Positions 47,590 to 60,858 are shown, counted from the whole stretch's first letter. The stretch is DNA of 63,680 bases, filler included, from Asterionella formosa (GCA_002256025.1; 19 parts of 19 records of this genome joined end to end with filler, not necessarily neighbours in it), one strand, 5' to 3'. The notes: generated by a model not told the origin, from the sequence alone. Translations and numbers: made by a program.

Positions 47590-48839
47590 GCGCCAAGGCC
47601 ATTGCAGAGGCTCTCAAGGTCAATACAGTCTTGATGACACTTGTTCTCAGTGATAATTCAATTGGTGATGATTTAAGCAATGAAATTCAAAGTCTTGTTG
47701 ATGCAAACAAGAACCGCAAACCATCAGTCATCACAATGCCGCCAATCTCAACAACAACAATTATCCTCCCTCTTTCTTCCCCAACAGCTCCAACACCAAC
47801 CAGTAGTAATTCCACTGATCCAATTTCCAGAGGTAGGTCGATAATGAAGGCAGCTATGCATAATTTTCAAAAAGAATGTGTTGTGAAGCTTGAGAACTTG
47901 GCTGTGAATATGAATAATCAGGTGACGATTTCTGAAGCAGAAGGTATAAGTATGATTCTGTCTGCAATGAAGAAGCATTCATCCAATGCTACTGTGCAAG
48001 AAAAAGGGCGTAAGAAGCTTCAGGAATTGTTTGTGAATAATGAAGACAACAAGATAGATATTGCTGCAGATGAATTCATCACCACAATTCTTTCTGTTAT
48101 TATGAATCATTCATCCAATGCAAATGTTAAGCACTATGGTTGTTTAGCACCTGTGAAAAACTTGGCCATTAATGACGACAACTACACTGCAACAGAAGCT
48201 ATCACTACGATTCTTTCTGCAATGAGGAATCATTTATTATATGCTACTGTACAAGAATATGGTTGTGCAGCTCTTTGGAGTTTGGCTTCAAATGACAACA
48301 ACCAGGTGGCAATTAGTGAAGCAGGAGGTATCACTACAGTTCTGTCTGCTATGAATAATCATACATGCAATGCTACTGTTCAAGAGTATGGTTGTGCAGC
48401 ACTTTGGAGCTTGTCCTCAAACGCCATCAACCAAGTGGAAATTGCTGAAGCAGAATATATCACTACAATTTTGTCTGCAATGAATAATCATTTATTCAAT
48501 GCTACTGTGCAGCACTATGGTTGTGCAGCACTTTGGAGCTTGTCCTTGAATGACATCGACCAGGTAGCAATTGCTGAAGCAGAATGCATCACTACAATTC
48601 TTTCTGCTATGGAGATTCATTCATCCAATGCTGATATACAACATGTTGGTTGCTTAGCACTTGGGACCTTTGCTTCTTATAACAACAAACAGGTGACAAT
48701 TGCTGAAGGAATATTTATCACTATGATTCTATCTTCTATGAATAATGATTCATCCAATCCTACTATGCAAGCAGAACGTCTCATGAAGCTTCAGAATTTA
48801 GCTGTGAGTGAAAACAACCAGGTGACAATTGCTGAAGCA
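47590..48839 (+). CDS. Partial protein with an RI-like LRR followed by tandem ~42-aa Armadillo repeats
   Basis: Open across the whole contig. AKAIAEALKVNTVLMTLVLSDNSIGD, a P/S/T linker, then repeated NATVQEYGCAALWSL.SN..NQV.I.EA..ITTILSAM.NH. Both ends are truncated. Confidence 0.88.
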
Positions 48840-48939
48840 NNNNNNNNNNNNNNNNNNNNNNNNNNNNNNNNNNNNNNNNNNNNTTAATTAATTAANNNNN
48901 NNNNNNNNNNNNNNNNNNNNNNNNNNNNNNNNNNNNNNN

Positions 48940-49493
48940 AAACTTCCCCAGGTAAGCACACCATTGTTTCCAGTTTCATATGCCAAAGTGCCCATCATTG
49001 TAAACTGACTATCATAATGCTCACTCACACCTTCATTGTTGTCATCTTCTTCCTCCTCGACAATTTTATATGAATTATGAATGAGATTACTGGGAAATAA
49101 CAAGGCAAAGCTGCCATCAGCATTCAAGAGTTGGGGTTTAGTAGGGCCACAATGGTCAGGTGTCAATGTAGACACCATGGTTGCAGTTGATGGCTGAAAG
49201 AGGGACGAACCAGAAGTAGTATACATACTAGTAGTACTAGACTTAACTTCTAGTTTAGCACTTTGTTTTAGTTCATTCTTCACTTGGTTAACAGATATCC
49301 AAGGGAAAATGCATTGCTTAGCTGATACTGTCCTAGAAATAGCACCATAAGGCATTTTTCCACCATTCTTAGCCTTCTTAGCTTATAGCTCCCTAATCAC
49401 ATTGTTAAGACAAAACTGAACACTGACCAACTCTTCAGGAGACAATTTCTTTCGAGGCAAGGCATTGCCTTGTCGAGGCGCTTTCGAGGTCAT
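48940..49493 (-). pseudogene. Probable 5' part of a DNA-transposon ORF (in-frame stop at ~49385)
   Basis: MTSKAPRQG...IREL*AKKAKNGGKMPYGAI...FPWISVNQVKN resembles HTH-like N-termini of diatom DDE transposases (from recall). An upstream direct repeat TAGCGGTGGCTTACAGTT occurs twice (49956, 49986). Confidence 0.4.
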
Positions 49494-50289
49494 GGTGTTG
49501 GTGTTGTGATGGGTGATGGGTGATGGGTGATTGTTGTATGTTTGCATTTAATTTTTGTACTCATAATTCGGGCGCACCAGGAATTCCTATTTGACGTTTT
49601 CCATTAATGAAATTATCTCTTTATTATGGCGCACGAGCGAAAGCGCAATGCCGTCGTAGTCATATTAAATAAATTTTAGAGGATACTAAATTAGTTTTCT
49701 AGAGGAGGAATATTCTCATACCTGCATACGTATATAAAAGGTGATGCTTGCTCAATCGAGTAAACGTGAAAATATCCAATTTTCGCAATTTCACGTCGAC
49801 AGCAACCTTTGGGCGATAATACCTAATTAACAATGTACACAATGCAACAATACAAGTACGGAAGTATTTACTCGCTATATAAATCTGAACAACTCGTTCG
49901 TGACAATAAATAGCGTATCTTGTAAACTAAGTTCAAACCGTGCGTTTACTCCGTTTAGCGGTGGCTTACAGTTCAAAAGTCGCCGTAGCGGTGGCTTACA
50001 GTTTTTTAGTGGTAGTCTTGTACGCTACCAGGTAGTCTACGGAGTCGTACGGTAGTTATTATTTGAAATGGTGCTGCAGCTGCGACAGTCAAAGTAAACA
50101 CAAGGAGATTCCTGATTCCCAGTTAGCTTATGGGTGTTTGAAAATAGAACTAGTATTCCCCTTCATAGTTTTGATATTGAAACAAGCAANNNNNNNNNNN
50201 NNNNNNNNNNNNNNNNNNNNNNNNNNNNNNNNNTTAATTAATTAANNNNNNNNNNNNNNNNNNNNNNNNNNNNNNNNNNNNNNNNNNNN

Positions 50290-51539
50290 CAAAACCGATT
50301 TAACATGAATGATTTAACTCCCCAGGTGAAACAGGCCATATTGCATGATGGAAAACTGATTGATGTTGTATGTTTTGATTTCATGGCTCAGGTTAAGAAT
50401 CTCTTGACAAATGACATACTAATGTCACCACAAAATGTGTCATTTGATTTCGTCAATCCGTGTAAAGCACCACAACCCACCAGTGTCAGATCCGAATTTC
50501 ACACTGGTACCTGGTGGATAGATGCCCATGAATATTTATGTTCTCAGCCAAATGACTTCCTTGTTCCACTCATGTTCTTTATTGACAAGACACACACGGT
50601 TGAAAAAGGAAAGTACACAATGGAGCCTGTCCTAGTAATGTCACTTTGTATATTTACTACCAATGTGAGAAATAAGTTCCGGTTGGTCTAATTCTCGGTG
50701 ATGCTGAAGGTTTAGATGGACAATGCGGACGAAAGAAAACATATCTAAAGACTGCCAGATTGTGTCGTGAATGTGATTGTCCGTTTGATCAAATGGACAA
50801 TCCATCTCATGAATGCAGTCCTGTAGGTCAGATTGATTACGAGGAACTATTAATCCGGGGCATAAAAGATTTATTGGATAATGTGAGCCAAAGATTCATC
50901 TATCCCTTTTGGTATCAGTTGTGTTTTGGTGGCGATCCTCTTGGTGTTAATGGGCACGTTCCTCCTGAAAAACTCCATTCCATTCAAGAAGGAATAATGG
51001 ATCACCTCATGGAGCTATATTCTTATATGATCGGGCGCCCCAAAACAGAAAAGGGTAATTCCAATCGAAAACTGTTTGACCAGTTGTTCAACAAAATGTC
51101 TAAACTCTTCCTTCACCAGAGTGACCGAGACCTTCCTTGTTGTTCCTTCAATTTCGGCTTTCATGGTTGCAAAACGAAAATAGCTGCTAACGAAAGAATC
51201 GGAGTGATGATTATTGCCTGTGTCGTCATGGCATGTGATGCTGGAATAAAAATCTGCCGAGAAGAAAGTGGTATGACCAATCAAGAAATTCGAAACTTTC
51301 AAGGTCAATTCGAAGGGATGCTCTGCTACAATGCCTGGTTTAGTAAAGAGAGTTTTGATGTGGGGAATTTACCACAGGAACACCAAAGCGTTGTCAACTA
51401 TTTTACTAAGCTGGTAAAAGAATGCCCGAGAACAACAACCTCTCAGGGATGGAAGCTGGCGAAGTTTCATCAACAGATGCATACTGTAAGAAACATTCAT
51501 CGTTTCGGAAGTCCACAGGTTTTTAATGGAGGCCCAATG
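50290..51539 (+). mobile_element. Plavaka-type (CMC/CACTA-related) transposase fragment with internal deletion or frameshift near 50690
   Basis: SEFHTGTWW...LVPLMFFIDKTH...MEPV, ILGDAEGLDGQCG, LCRECDCP, PPEKLHSIQEG and GWKLAKFHQQMH..NI.RFGSP..FNGGP. Confidence 0.85.
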
Positions 51540-51639
51540 NNNNNNNNNNNNNNNNNNNNNNNNNNNNNNNNNNNNNNNNNNNNTTAATTAATTAANNNNN
51601 NNNNNNNNNNNNNNNNNNNNNNNNNNNNNNNNNNNNNNN

Positions 51640-51860
51640 AACACTCGTACGTAGACGAAATTTCGAAAAGTCAAATGAATTATTTGAAACATCAACTAAT
51701 TCAGTCTCGCGTTCAAAATTCATTGTGAAAACTTCACATGAAACAGTTAAAACTTCACATGAAACCGTTAAAAGTAATCTTTTTTACGTGAAGAGTGGCA
51801 TTAATGCATGTGAAGTACCACATAATTAACACTCATACGTAGACGAAATTTCGAAAAGTG
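51640..51860. repeat. Short direct repeats (~30 bp x2 and ~21 bp x2)
   Basis: AACACTCRTACGTAGACGAAATTTCGAAAAGT at 51640 and 51828, and tandem AAAACTTCACATGAAACMGTT at ~51728-51770. Confidence 0.8.
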
Positions 51861-51878
51861 GCGTATTTCGCGTCTTAG

Positions 51879-52889
51879 ATGATGCTCTTACCTGCTGCTC
51901 GTCATGTACACATTGTCCCTGGTCTACACAATTGCTCTTTATTGAGCATTGGACAACTATGTGATTCTGGCTACAAGGTACTCTTCACCAAACTACACAT
52001 GTCTGTCTTATCCGATGGTCATTGCATCCTTCAGGGCCATCGCTCCACCACCACTCGATTATGGCATGTCACCACCACCTCAATTGATCCACCATTGCCT
52101 ACCCCTACCCACTACGCTGCTGCCGCCATTGGCAGTCCCAATGCACCAGCACTTGTTGCTTTTGCCCATGCGGCCCTCTTTTCTCCTGTTCTCTCCACTT
52201 TGGAAAGCGCATTACTCCATGGGTATCTTGCCAATTTTCCAGGTCTGACCTTAGCTACACTACGCAAACATCCCCCTCATTCCATCGCAACCATCAAAGG
52301 CCACCTCGATCAAACACGTCAAAACGTACGATCCACACGTGTGCCCCCAACTATTATTGAGCCTGAACTTGCATCCATTCCTACTACCAATGTGCTGGGT
52401 GATGCTGATTTCCACCCTGAGTGTCTTGCAACCCCTACCCATATGTGTTTTGCGTCCATTATTGCACCCACAGGCCAAATTTACACTGATCAAACCGGAA
52501 AATTCATACTCCCCTCCAGCACTGGAAACAACTACATTATGATTTTATATGATTATGACAGCAACTACATTTTCGTTCAGCCCTTCCATAACCGAATCGC
52601 TTCCTGCCTCCTTGCAGCATATAAAGCATTACATCAACGTTTGTGCAAAGCTGGCCTACGTCCCAAACTTCAACGCCTTGACAATGAGTGTTCTACACTC
52701 CTCAAAGACTTCTTGGACGCCGAAGCTATTGACTTTCAGTTGGTCCCGCCGGCTGTCCATCGTCGCAATGCCGCTGAACGTGCAATTCGCACCTTTCAAA
52801 ATCATTTCATTGCCGGTCTATGCAGTGTCGACAAACACTTTCCTCTCCACTTGTGGGACCAACTACTAGTTCAAGCCGAACTTACTCTT
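51879..52889 (+). mobile_element. Ty1/Copia pol fragment: protease tail, pre-integrase region and integrase core
   Basis: SLLSIGQLCDSG, AHAALFSPVLSTL, KGHLDQTRQNVRST, GQIYTDQTGKF, RLDNECS and HRRNAAERAIRTFQNHFIAGL (D-D-E). The frame is open. Confidence 0.93.
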
Positions 52890-52989
52890 NNNNNNNNNNN
52901 NNNNNNNNNNNNNNNNNNNNNNNNNNNNNNNNNTTAATTAATTAANNNNNNNNNNNNNNNNNNNNNNNNNNNNNNNNNNNNNNNNNNNN

Positions 52990-53525
52990 CCAAAGTAAAA
53001 TGCACAGTTTCTAGCAAAAAAGAGCCACACCATATCACCCCGGTAGGCAGCGACGAAGCCAGCGCCACCCAGTAGCGATGCATGGACAAGATTTTGAAGA
53101 ACATGAATTTGTGCTTCCAAAATATCAGCCCATGGAGGTTTAGCTGTCATGTTGCTGTATTTGCTGTTGTCCTGGTTTTTCTTGTTGAACGAAGTGGTAG
53201 GCTCATGCTGCAGTAACAGAACGATCGACACCGCAGCCATGAGGCATGCGGTAGCAATCACAGAGTAGAGCCCAATTCCCTTGATTCCATTTCGGACAGT
53301 AATCGAAAAGATGTCATTAAAATCATCGCCAGGTTTGACAGGCCTCTTGTTCTTCAATGATTCCGTATCGTCAACATCGACAGACAATGACGCGTCGCTT
53401 AACAATACATCCTGGTGATCTGGCTCAATTTCGACATGTCTTACCGCCAAGTTGGAAGAAGACAACGTGTCGTTGGCTGGCAAAGGAGGGATTACATCGT
53501 TCATTTGCATGGATATCATCGACAC
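52990..53525 (-). CDS. 5' part of a putative membrane protein, truncated by contig edge
   Basis: ORF open from ATG to the linker, with a hydrophilic N-terminus and hydrophobic segments GIGLYSVIATACLMAAVSIVLLL and LVHASLLGGAGFVAAY. Confidence 0.65.
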
Positions 53526-53760
53526 AGCCGGTCAATGTCGTCAACTAAGCACTGTACATGTGTATGTATTATAAAATGAGATACCGGCATGAACAACGGC
53601 ATACGGTATGGAAGCGACAATACATCGCTTTCACATGAACCTCGTTTCTACCGATACATGAGTTTACGTAAATCCAGGACCAACCAACCACTATGTGTAC
53701 CGGTATTACCGATACTTCGGGAGCTGTATCATCTCCTCTTTTGTTGGACTCGGACAGCAA

Positions 53761-54015
53761 CCAGCAAGTTGCGGTCATTTGGCTTAAATAAGCAATTTAA
53801 TATAGGATAAAGATAGCTAAATGTTTTTTCATATCACCATGCATGAAACATAGACTACCAGGTACCAGGTACAGTACCTGGTACCAGGTACCAATACCTG
53901 TGCAAGTTGCGGTAATTTTGCTGAAACTAAAGATTTAGCTATCTTTATCCCAGATTCAGCTATCTTTATCCAAGATTAAAATGTTAGCTTAAGCAAAATG
54001 ACCGCAACTTGCTGG
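53761..54015. mobile_element. Two mini-MITE copies of the CCWG-end family (partial 53761-53827, complete 53897-54015) separated by a GGTACC array
   Basis: CCAGCAAGTTGCGGTCATTTGGCTT... and TA|CCTGTGCAAGTTGCGGTAATTTTGCT...AGCAAAATGACCGCAACTTGCTGG. Confidence 0.85.
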
Positions 54016-55687
54016 CACCAGGTACCTGTTACCAGTTAGTAACGGTATGCTATGTATAATCACGGTCTATACCGAGATTTGCTAAGAAATAAATATAGGG
54101 TTCGAGGTAATTAACGGACAATGACGCACGATATTCTGCGCTGAATTGTGCTCCACCATAACCTCTCCCTCCATCAGCGATCCATCCTAGGCATCTATCT
54201 GCCTCTCCTAACCACCATGATGTTTGGTCATTTCTTGTNNNNNNNNNNNNNNNNNNNNNNNNNNNNNNNNNNNNNNNNNNNNTTAATTAATTAANNNNNN
54301 NNNNNNNNNNNNNNNNNNNNNNNNNNNNNNNNNNNNNNTAGCGAAAGGTATGAATATAGCAAGAGATAACTGAAAACTATAAGTTGTACACTTGTGCATG
54401 TGTATACAAATCATTTATTACCCTCTTCGAATAAAATAGAGAGTCATCGAAAAGGGGCCCCCAAGATGGAGTTGTTGTGCCCGGCACATGATCTGTCATC
54501 GTTCCACCCAGCGTCTTTTTACAGGGTTACTTACAGGTGTCATTCAAGACAGTTCAAGTTTGGAACATCGGGTCATTCATATTGATAAATATAGCCGCGT
54601 ACAAAATCTGATACTCACAGTATTGCACTCATGTTAATTGAGAATATAATCGGTATTCTAAAACCCCCATGCTGTGGGCACGAGAACCCCAAGGAAGTCC
54701 AGGAGTCATAGACTTTTATAAAACGATTCGATAGGCATTCTGCACGTTTTCACAAGGTGTACACCGAGGTACTAACTACTTCATGCATGAACAAGCCAAT
54801 CATGCAGTTTTCTCAAAATATTGCTAACAAGCATATTTATTACATACGGTACTCATTATGTTGTTGATGTACGAAAATGTCGTGTTAACGTTGGATCGTT
54901 ACCAGAATACTGTTGAAGTAAAATCGTTAATGGTATTTAATGTTGCACGCTTGATATTGCATAGAGAGTTTCTCCGATTCACTTAAAACTAGCGAGGTAG
55001 ACATGCCTGGATTGTCCGGTAAAAGACTGTTTGTAATCTGGAAAAGATAAAGACTAATGATCTCATTTACCGCACCTACCCACAAAAGGCCTACAATATA
55101 CTACATAGAAAACATATACGGTATTCAAATTGGTCTGATAAGTGTGAATGAACACAACGAGAAGCATGATCGAGTTTCTCTGATTTTGCAACTTTACCTG
55201 TAGGATCAGGTTCTCCCCAAGCATCCTATTATACAACCGTTAGACTGTAGCCAAGTACTGTAGGCCTGATGAAGTGAGAAAGAACAAAATATAAACAAAG
55301 CAACAAAGCAGAAGAAAGTTCAATTGAGAAAGGTGATAGTAATGCAGTAAACGATAATAATACCACTTATGAAACCCGCGGCTGAAGCTTCACAAAATTT
55401 TCAATTAATAAATATAAATTTTCAACAACTACTCTGTACCGGTATATAAATACCTTATAGCTTTATGCATTAAAGTTGTGAAACCAGGATGAGTCAAAAA
55501 TAAGGATTCAATGTAATGGTCAATGCTAGACAAACTTCAATACACTCCTTCAACATTCATTACTTTGAGTATATTTCAAACATCTGTNNNNNNNNNNNNN
55601 NNNNNNNNNNNNNNNNNNNNNNNNNNNNNNNTTAATTAATTAANNNNNNNNNNNNNNNNNNNNNNNNNNNNNNNNNNNNNNNNNNNN

Positions 55688-56936
55688 ACTATAATATGAT
55701 TTGTGATATGGATTGATGCATATCACATACCGGTATCCTCAACAACCAGCCATCACGTTCATTGTTGTGTCGTTTTTCCTTGTTATAGCTATATATATAT
55801 GCCGGCATGTGTATTGTGTAAACACTACGCTAGTGGAACATGCATATCACACTGCTGTGCTCTGTTCAACAATTACTACACTCGGTTACCATCACACCAG
55901 CTGCACCTCCACAAGCGCCGCAAAACGTTCCGCGTTTCCCTTCCACTGTTTTACTTCATAGTCTGCTGGCCCTTTGACAACTTTCCAAATGGCATTTCAT
56001 GGATTCCATGCAAAGGATCAGTCAAACAAGAAACGTGACTTACTTCCATTGTTTACACTACACGACTTCATGTTTTCGGAAAAGAAGATGAAGAAACTTA
56101 TGAAATCAATCGATGATTCCTTTGAATACACTCAAAGATCAGATGAATTTGAACAGATTCATAATAATTCAGAAAAATAATGAAGTATGCCGATACAATA
56201 GTGGCAGAGATTGAAAAGAAGGAAAGATTGCTTTCGAAGAGGAAACCCAAACAGTTGTTCTTTGCAGATGAAGACTCTATTCCTACAGAGTCACAGTTCC
56301 ATCCAGTGTCGTATTTGCTCCTCATTCTCCTGAAATCAGAAAAAAAAAAGAAGAACTCAGTGATTCTCATTCATTTGATGAAAAAATTATGCGATGAATG
56401 AAATACCGGCGAAAATGTGAGAGACATCACTTCTGAAGTAGAAATGGTGGAAAAGTTGCAAAACCAAGAAATATGTCTCACTATCCGTCCAGAACATCAA
56501 GATGAACATCATGAAAGCAGAGCAGAGAATCTATTGCATTTCTAAAAGAAAAGATCATATTCAAGAAAAAGTCCAAGCTAGATCAAGACCTCTAATTCAA
56601 GAAGATCAATGCAGACAGAGATGTGATGACCATGCTGGCTAAGGCAGTTGATGCACTGAGTCGGGAACGAAGTTTGAAAAAAAAATTGAATCTTTTTCCA
56701 AATCATACATGAAAGAAAAAGAATTTCTCTGTAAAATCATCGAAAACCATCCCGAAGGCAGCTAGCCTACTTTAGTGAAGAGTCAGCATGTGAAATGTGT
56801 AGAGTTACAATGCCAAAGCAAACTGCATTTTCCTTGAGTTTGCCGAAAACTCATGGACAACTATAATTGTGGAAAGATTTGTACACAGGTACCCCACAAG
56901 AAATAAGCAAATACGCCTCCGTCTCTGTATTTTATG
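55688..56936 (+). repeat. Dispersed repeat family C, copy 3, with the longest decayed ORF remnant
   Basis: Matches 19780-20326 and 45209-45815. Frameshifted K/E-rich coding remnant MFSEKKMKKLMKSIDDSF.../MKYADTIVAEIEKKERLLSKRKPKQLFF. Confidence 0.9.
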
Positions 56937-58387
56937 NNNNNNNNNNNNNNNNNNNNNNNNNNNNNNNNNNNNNNNNNNNNTTAATTAATTAANNNNNNNN
57001 NNNNNNNNNNNNNNNNNNNNNNNNNNNNNNNNNNNNTCGTGTACACCACATGTTAATTGCTTTGTTGTAGTTGCAGGATTAGAAGGATCCGATATCGAAA
57101 TTGATAAAGTTACAATCGCATCATGGCATCCATTGGCTTTGTTTGCCATGTGTTTTTTGGTCTGGGAGCAAAACACATACACTAACATTCTTTTATTTTT
57201 TACCGGTGCGTACTGCCTTCTACATAGGTAATTATTTACAAAGAAGCAAAGAGCGCGCAGCAGAGAGTGAAATGAACAGGTGGATGACGATCTGTTACCT
57301 TTTTCTTCTGTTGCCGCTTGATGGCTTGTGTCTGATTAGGACAAAGCATCACACTGGTACCTGGTGCTTGTCGTCCATTTGTATAGTTAGTAGAGTACGT
57401 CAGTACCAGTACTACCGGTATACCAACTGGCTGGATTACCGGTACTGGTACCTGGTACCAGGTATTCCTGGTACGCACTACAGCGATGCTGATATACAAC
57501 ATCATAATCCATCACCGGTACCAGGGTACCACTATTTGCATGGAAGAAAAACGTCAGCCAACGTACGTACGTCGACCATTCGTCGCAGATGGCAGAAACC
57601 ACGCAGCCATCATCATTCTTCGCCTCCATGCTGCATCCTCATGATGATGCTGGAGGGGAAACAGCCGAAGGCAGCCTGCGTACCTGGTAGGAGCACAGGT
57701 CGTTGATTTTATACTGCAGGCAACCTTCGAGCCATTTTTTGGCATCCAACAGTATACCAGTTATACTTTTATACTAATGTCTGGCAGTATGATACTATTG
57801 GGGAGTCCCACCAGTTATTATTACAGTTATAGTTACTTTATTCCAATCCAACAGTAGCAGTGGTGGGAACTTATCATTTCAAATTTGTGTGTTTATGCTG
57901 CAACATGAAATGATGACCATTCCAAGGGGGGTATGTTGCTTAAAAGAGTGATTAGAGTATATATATAGTAGACTTTGTAAAGATAGAGAGTAGAGCGAGA
58001 ACACAAGACAGGCATTCACAGCCAAACAGACAGAATCTACGTCATGATAGGACAGTGATTCATAACACAAAGGTTGCACCATGTGAATGTAGCAAATTTA
58101 AAATTGGCAACTATGTTTGAAGAAGTGTTTGGGATTTTCGATTTTCACTTATGGCGATCTCGAGCAAAATGCAGATGCGCACAGCAGGAGGACCCATTTT
58201 TCTTCGAACCATTTATTCTCAACATATGTAAAAAGTACAATATAACAGTAGAACAACGGCAACTTGCGTTCAAATAAGGAATGCGNNNNNNNNNNNNNNN
58301 NNNNNNNNNNNNNNNNNNNNNNNNNNNNNTTAATTAATTAANNNNNNNNNNNNNNNNNNNNNNNNNNNNNNNNNNNNNNNNNNNNTC

Positions 58388-58567
58388 GATCAGAGAAAGG
58401 CAAATATTGGAGCTATCAGGCGTAATGCGTCTTTAACGGACTCGGAAGATTTAGAGATGGTTGACCAGCAAGATTCAGGACCGAATGAAGGCGCCATCGA
58501 AGGTGACGAATTTGCACCTTTGACAATTGGCACCCCTTCAAAATCCAAGACTATCAATGTAGTGTAA
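58388..58567 (+). CDS. Possible 3' end of an unknown gene
   Basis: The frame is open from the contig start for 59 codons (DQRKANIGAIRRNASLTDSEDLEMV...TINVV*) with gene-like composition. Confidence 0.4.
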   Translation, partial: DQRKANIGAIRRNASLTDSEDLEMVDQQDSGPNEGAIEGDEFAPLTIGTPSKSKTINVV

Positions 58568-59328
58568 AATAACGAAGACTACCAAAGGACTTGAAATTCC
58601 TTAGAAAGAATATGTTTTACGAAAAGGAAGTCGTGTCAATCAGCGTCCACATTTCTCAGTCGCTGCATGGTGAGTGCCGATCAATGGTGTGGTTGGTTGA
58701 CAAAGCCCAATTACCCGCAGTCCGGCAAATTTGTTAGGATTTGGATGGAATCAGCAATATGGATTTTTTAAATCAAACAATGACTGTATTTCATCCTCCT
58801 TCTGCATCGAATGCTCATACATATGACACAAAAGCTAATAGTGCGTGTGAGTGAAACTATGAAATAGACTCAATAGAAAGCATGTATTATACAGCTTTCT
58901 TTTTGAAAAGGTTAAGAATCGTCAATATAGATAGCTTATCCTCATGTTGATGTCATTTATATAACATAGCAGTTAATGGACTCGCCCTCAATTTAAACTT
59001 GATATTAACTTTTATTTGATACTGCCATCATTAAAGATACAGTAAAGCAAAGAGCTTATCCTACAGAAAACGCAGATGTAACCTTGAGTAAGTAATACAC
59101 ACTGCAACATGATGTACAAACTAAAGAAGATCTAGCCATCGTGTGATGCAACGCATATTGCACGCAACTGGAGCTCTCTACGAATATCCCATGGAGTGTT
59201 CTTCAAGTAACCATGAGCATATCCACACTACCGGTACTATGTTACGATCAACCAATAGAACCAGAGTATACACACCGGTCAAGCAAATGTACAACGAATA
59301 ATACATGGACCTTGCACCAATGATTAAC

Positions 59329-59634
59329 TCAGCACTGCCCTGTCGGGAAACAGCACGAGAATATGTTCTTTTTTTCGGGACCTGGAAGGATTTCAACAGG
59401 ATGCTTCGTACTGTCGTCTGACAAGAGATCAACCAGTTCTGGAGCTGCTCCATGTATTGATTGATGATCTTGCGCTACACTGGATTCTATAGGCGACACA
59501 GCAATGTGTTTTCTCGCTTCATCCTCGTTCACTAGCATGTTTTTTGACATAGCCATCAACAATGCTTCCGAACCTTTGCCACCACTATGACTCCTTAGCA
59601 TTTCTGCAGCCTTGGTTGGGTCCTTTTCAAAGCA
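59329..59634 (-). CDS. 3' end of an unknown gene ending in a Cys cluster
   Basis: The frame is open from the contig edge (AFEKDPTKAAEMLRSH...) to KKNIFSCCFPTGQC*. Confidence 0.55.
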   Translation of the reverse strand, partial: CFEKDPTKAAEMLRSHSGGKGSEALLMAMSKNMLVNEDEARKHIAVSPIESSVAQDHQSIHGAAPELVDLLSDDSTKHPVEILPGPEKKNIFSCCFPTGQC

Positions 59635-59734
59635 NNNNNNNNNNNNNNNNNNNNNNNNNNNNNNNNNNNNNNNNNNNNTTAATTAATTAANNNNNNNNNN
59701 NNNNNNNNNNNNNNNNNNNNNNNNNNNNNNNNNN

Positions 59735-60858
59735 CGGCGGTAAAACCGGATGGGTTTGAGTATTACGAAATGATTCTTGTATATGTTGATGACATTCTTT
59801 GCATTTCAGCGCAGCCTAGAGCGACTATGAGCGGGATACAGTCGACCTTCAGATTGAAGGACGATAAAGTCGAGAAGCCGGAAAATTACCTGGGAGCCCA
59901 GGTAATGCAGAAAATAGTCGGCGGAGTTGAGTGTTGGGCCATGACTTCTGAGCAGTATGTCAAGGCGGCCATCGCCAACGTAGAGTTCAAACTCGACGAG
60001 TCGGGTCAGCGGCTTCCAACGAGGTGCACTACCCCATTGCAGGGGAATTATAGACCGGAACTGGATATTTCTGCCGAACTCAAGATTGAAGGCGTGAGAT
60101 ACTACCAGGAATTGATCGGCGTGCTCCGCTGGGCAGTGGAGCTTGGACGAATAGACATTGCTTTGGAAGTTTCTATGTTATCTACTCACCTAGCGTTGCC
60201 GAGGAGCGGACACTTACAACAGGTATATCACATGTTCGGATATTTGAAAGCAAAACCCAAGAGGATGTTGATCTTTGATCCGACACACCCCGATATAAAC
60301 GAGTCCAGGTTTGTTAAATGCGATTGGCACGACTTTTACAGGGGAGCGCAGGAGTCTATTCCAGGGGACGCACCCGAGCCCAGAGGTAATGTTGTAACTA
60401 CTCACTGTTTTGTGGATGCGGATCATGCAGGGAATCGGGTGACGAGGCGCTCGCAGACCGGGATACTGATTTTTGCGAATCGGGCTCCAATTATATGGTA
60501 CAGTAAGCGACAGAACACTGTCGAGACATCGACGTTTGGTAGCGAATTTGTGGCTTTGAAGATCTCGGTCGAACTGATCGAGGCATTGAGGTATAAGCTG
60601 AGAATGTTTGGAATCCCAATCGATGGACCAACTAACGTTTTCTGCGACAACGAGGCGGTGACGAAGAACACGATTCATCCAGAATCGACTTTGAAAAAGA
60701 AACATAATGCGATAGCGTATCACAGAGCGAGAGAAGCTGTGGCGGCAGGGATGATTCGGGTAACGAAGGAAGATGGAAAGACCAATTTGGCTGATGTGCT
60801 GACGAAGCCATTACCCCAAATTACACGAGAGTATTTGTGCGACAAGTTCATGTATTGA
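59735..60858 (+). mobile_element. Ty1/Copia pol 3' part (RT + RNase H), intact reading frame
   Basis: LVYVDDIL, YQELIGVLRWAVELGRID, FVDADHAG..TRRSQTG, ETSTFGSEF, FCDNEAV, KKKHNAIAYHRAREA and NLADVLTKPL. A different lineage from 1-1529. Confidence 0.96.
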
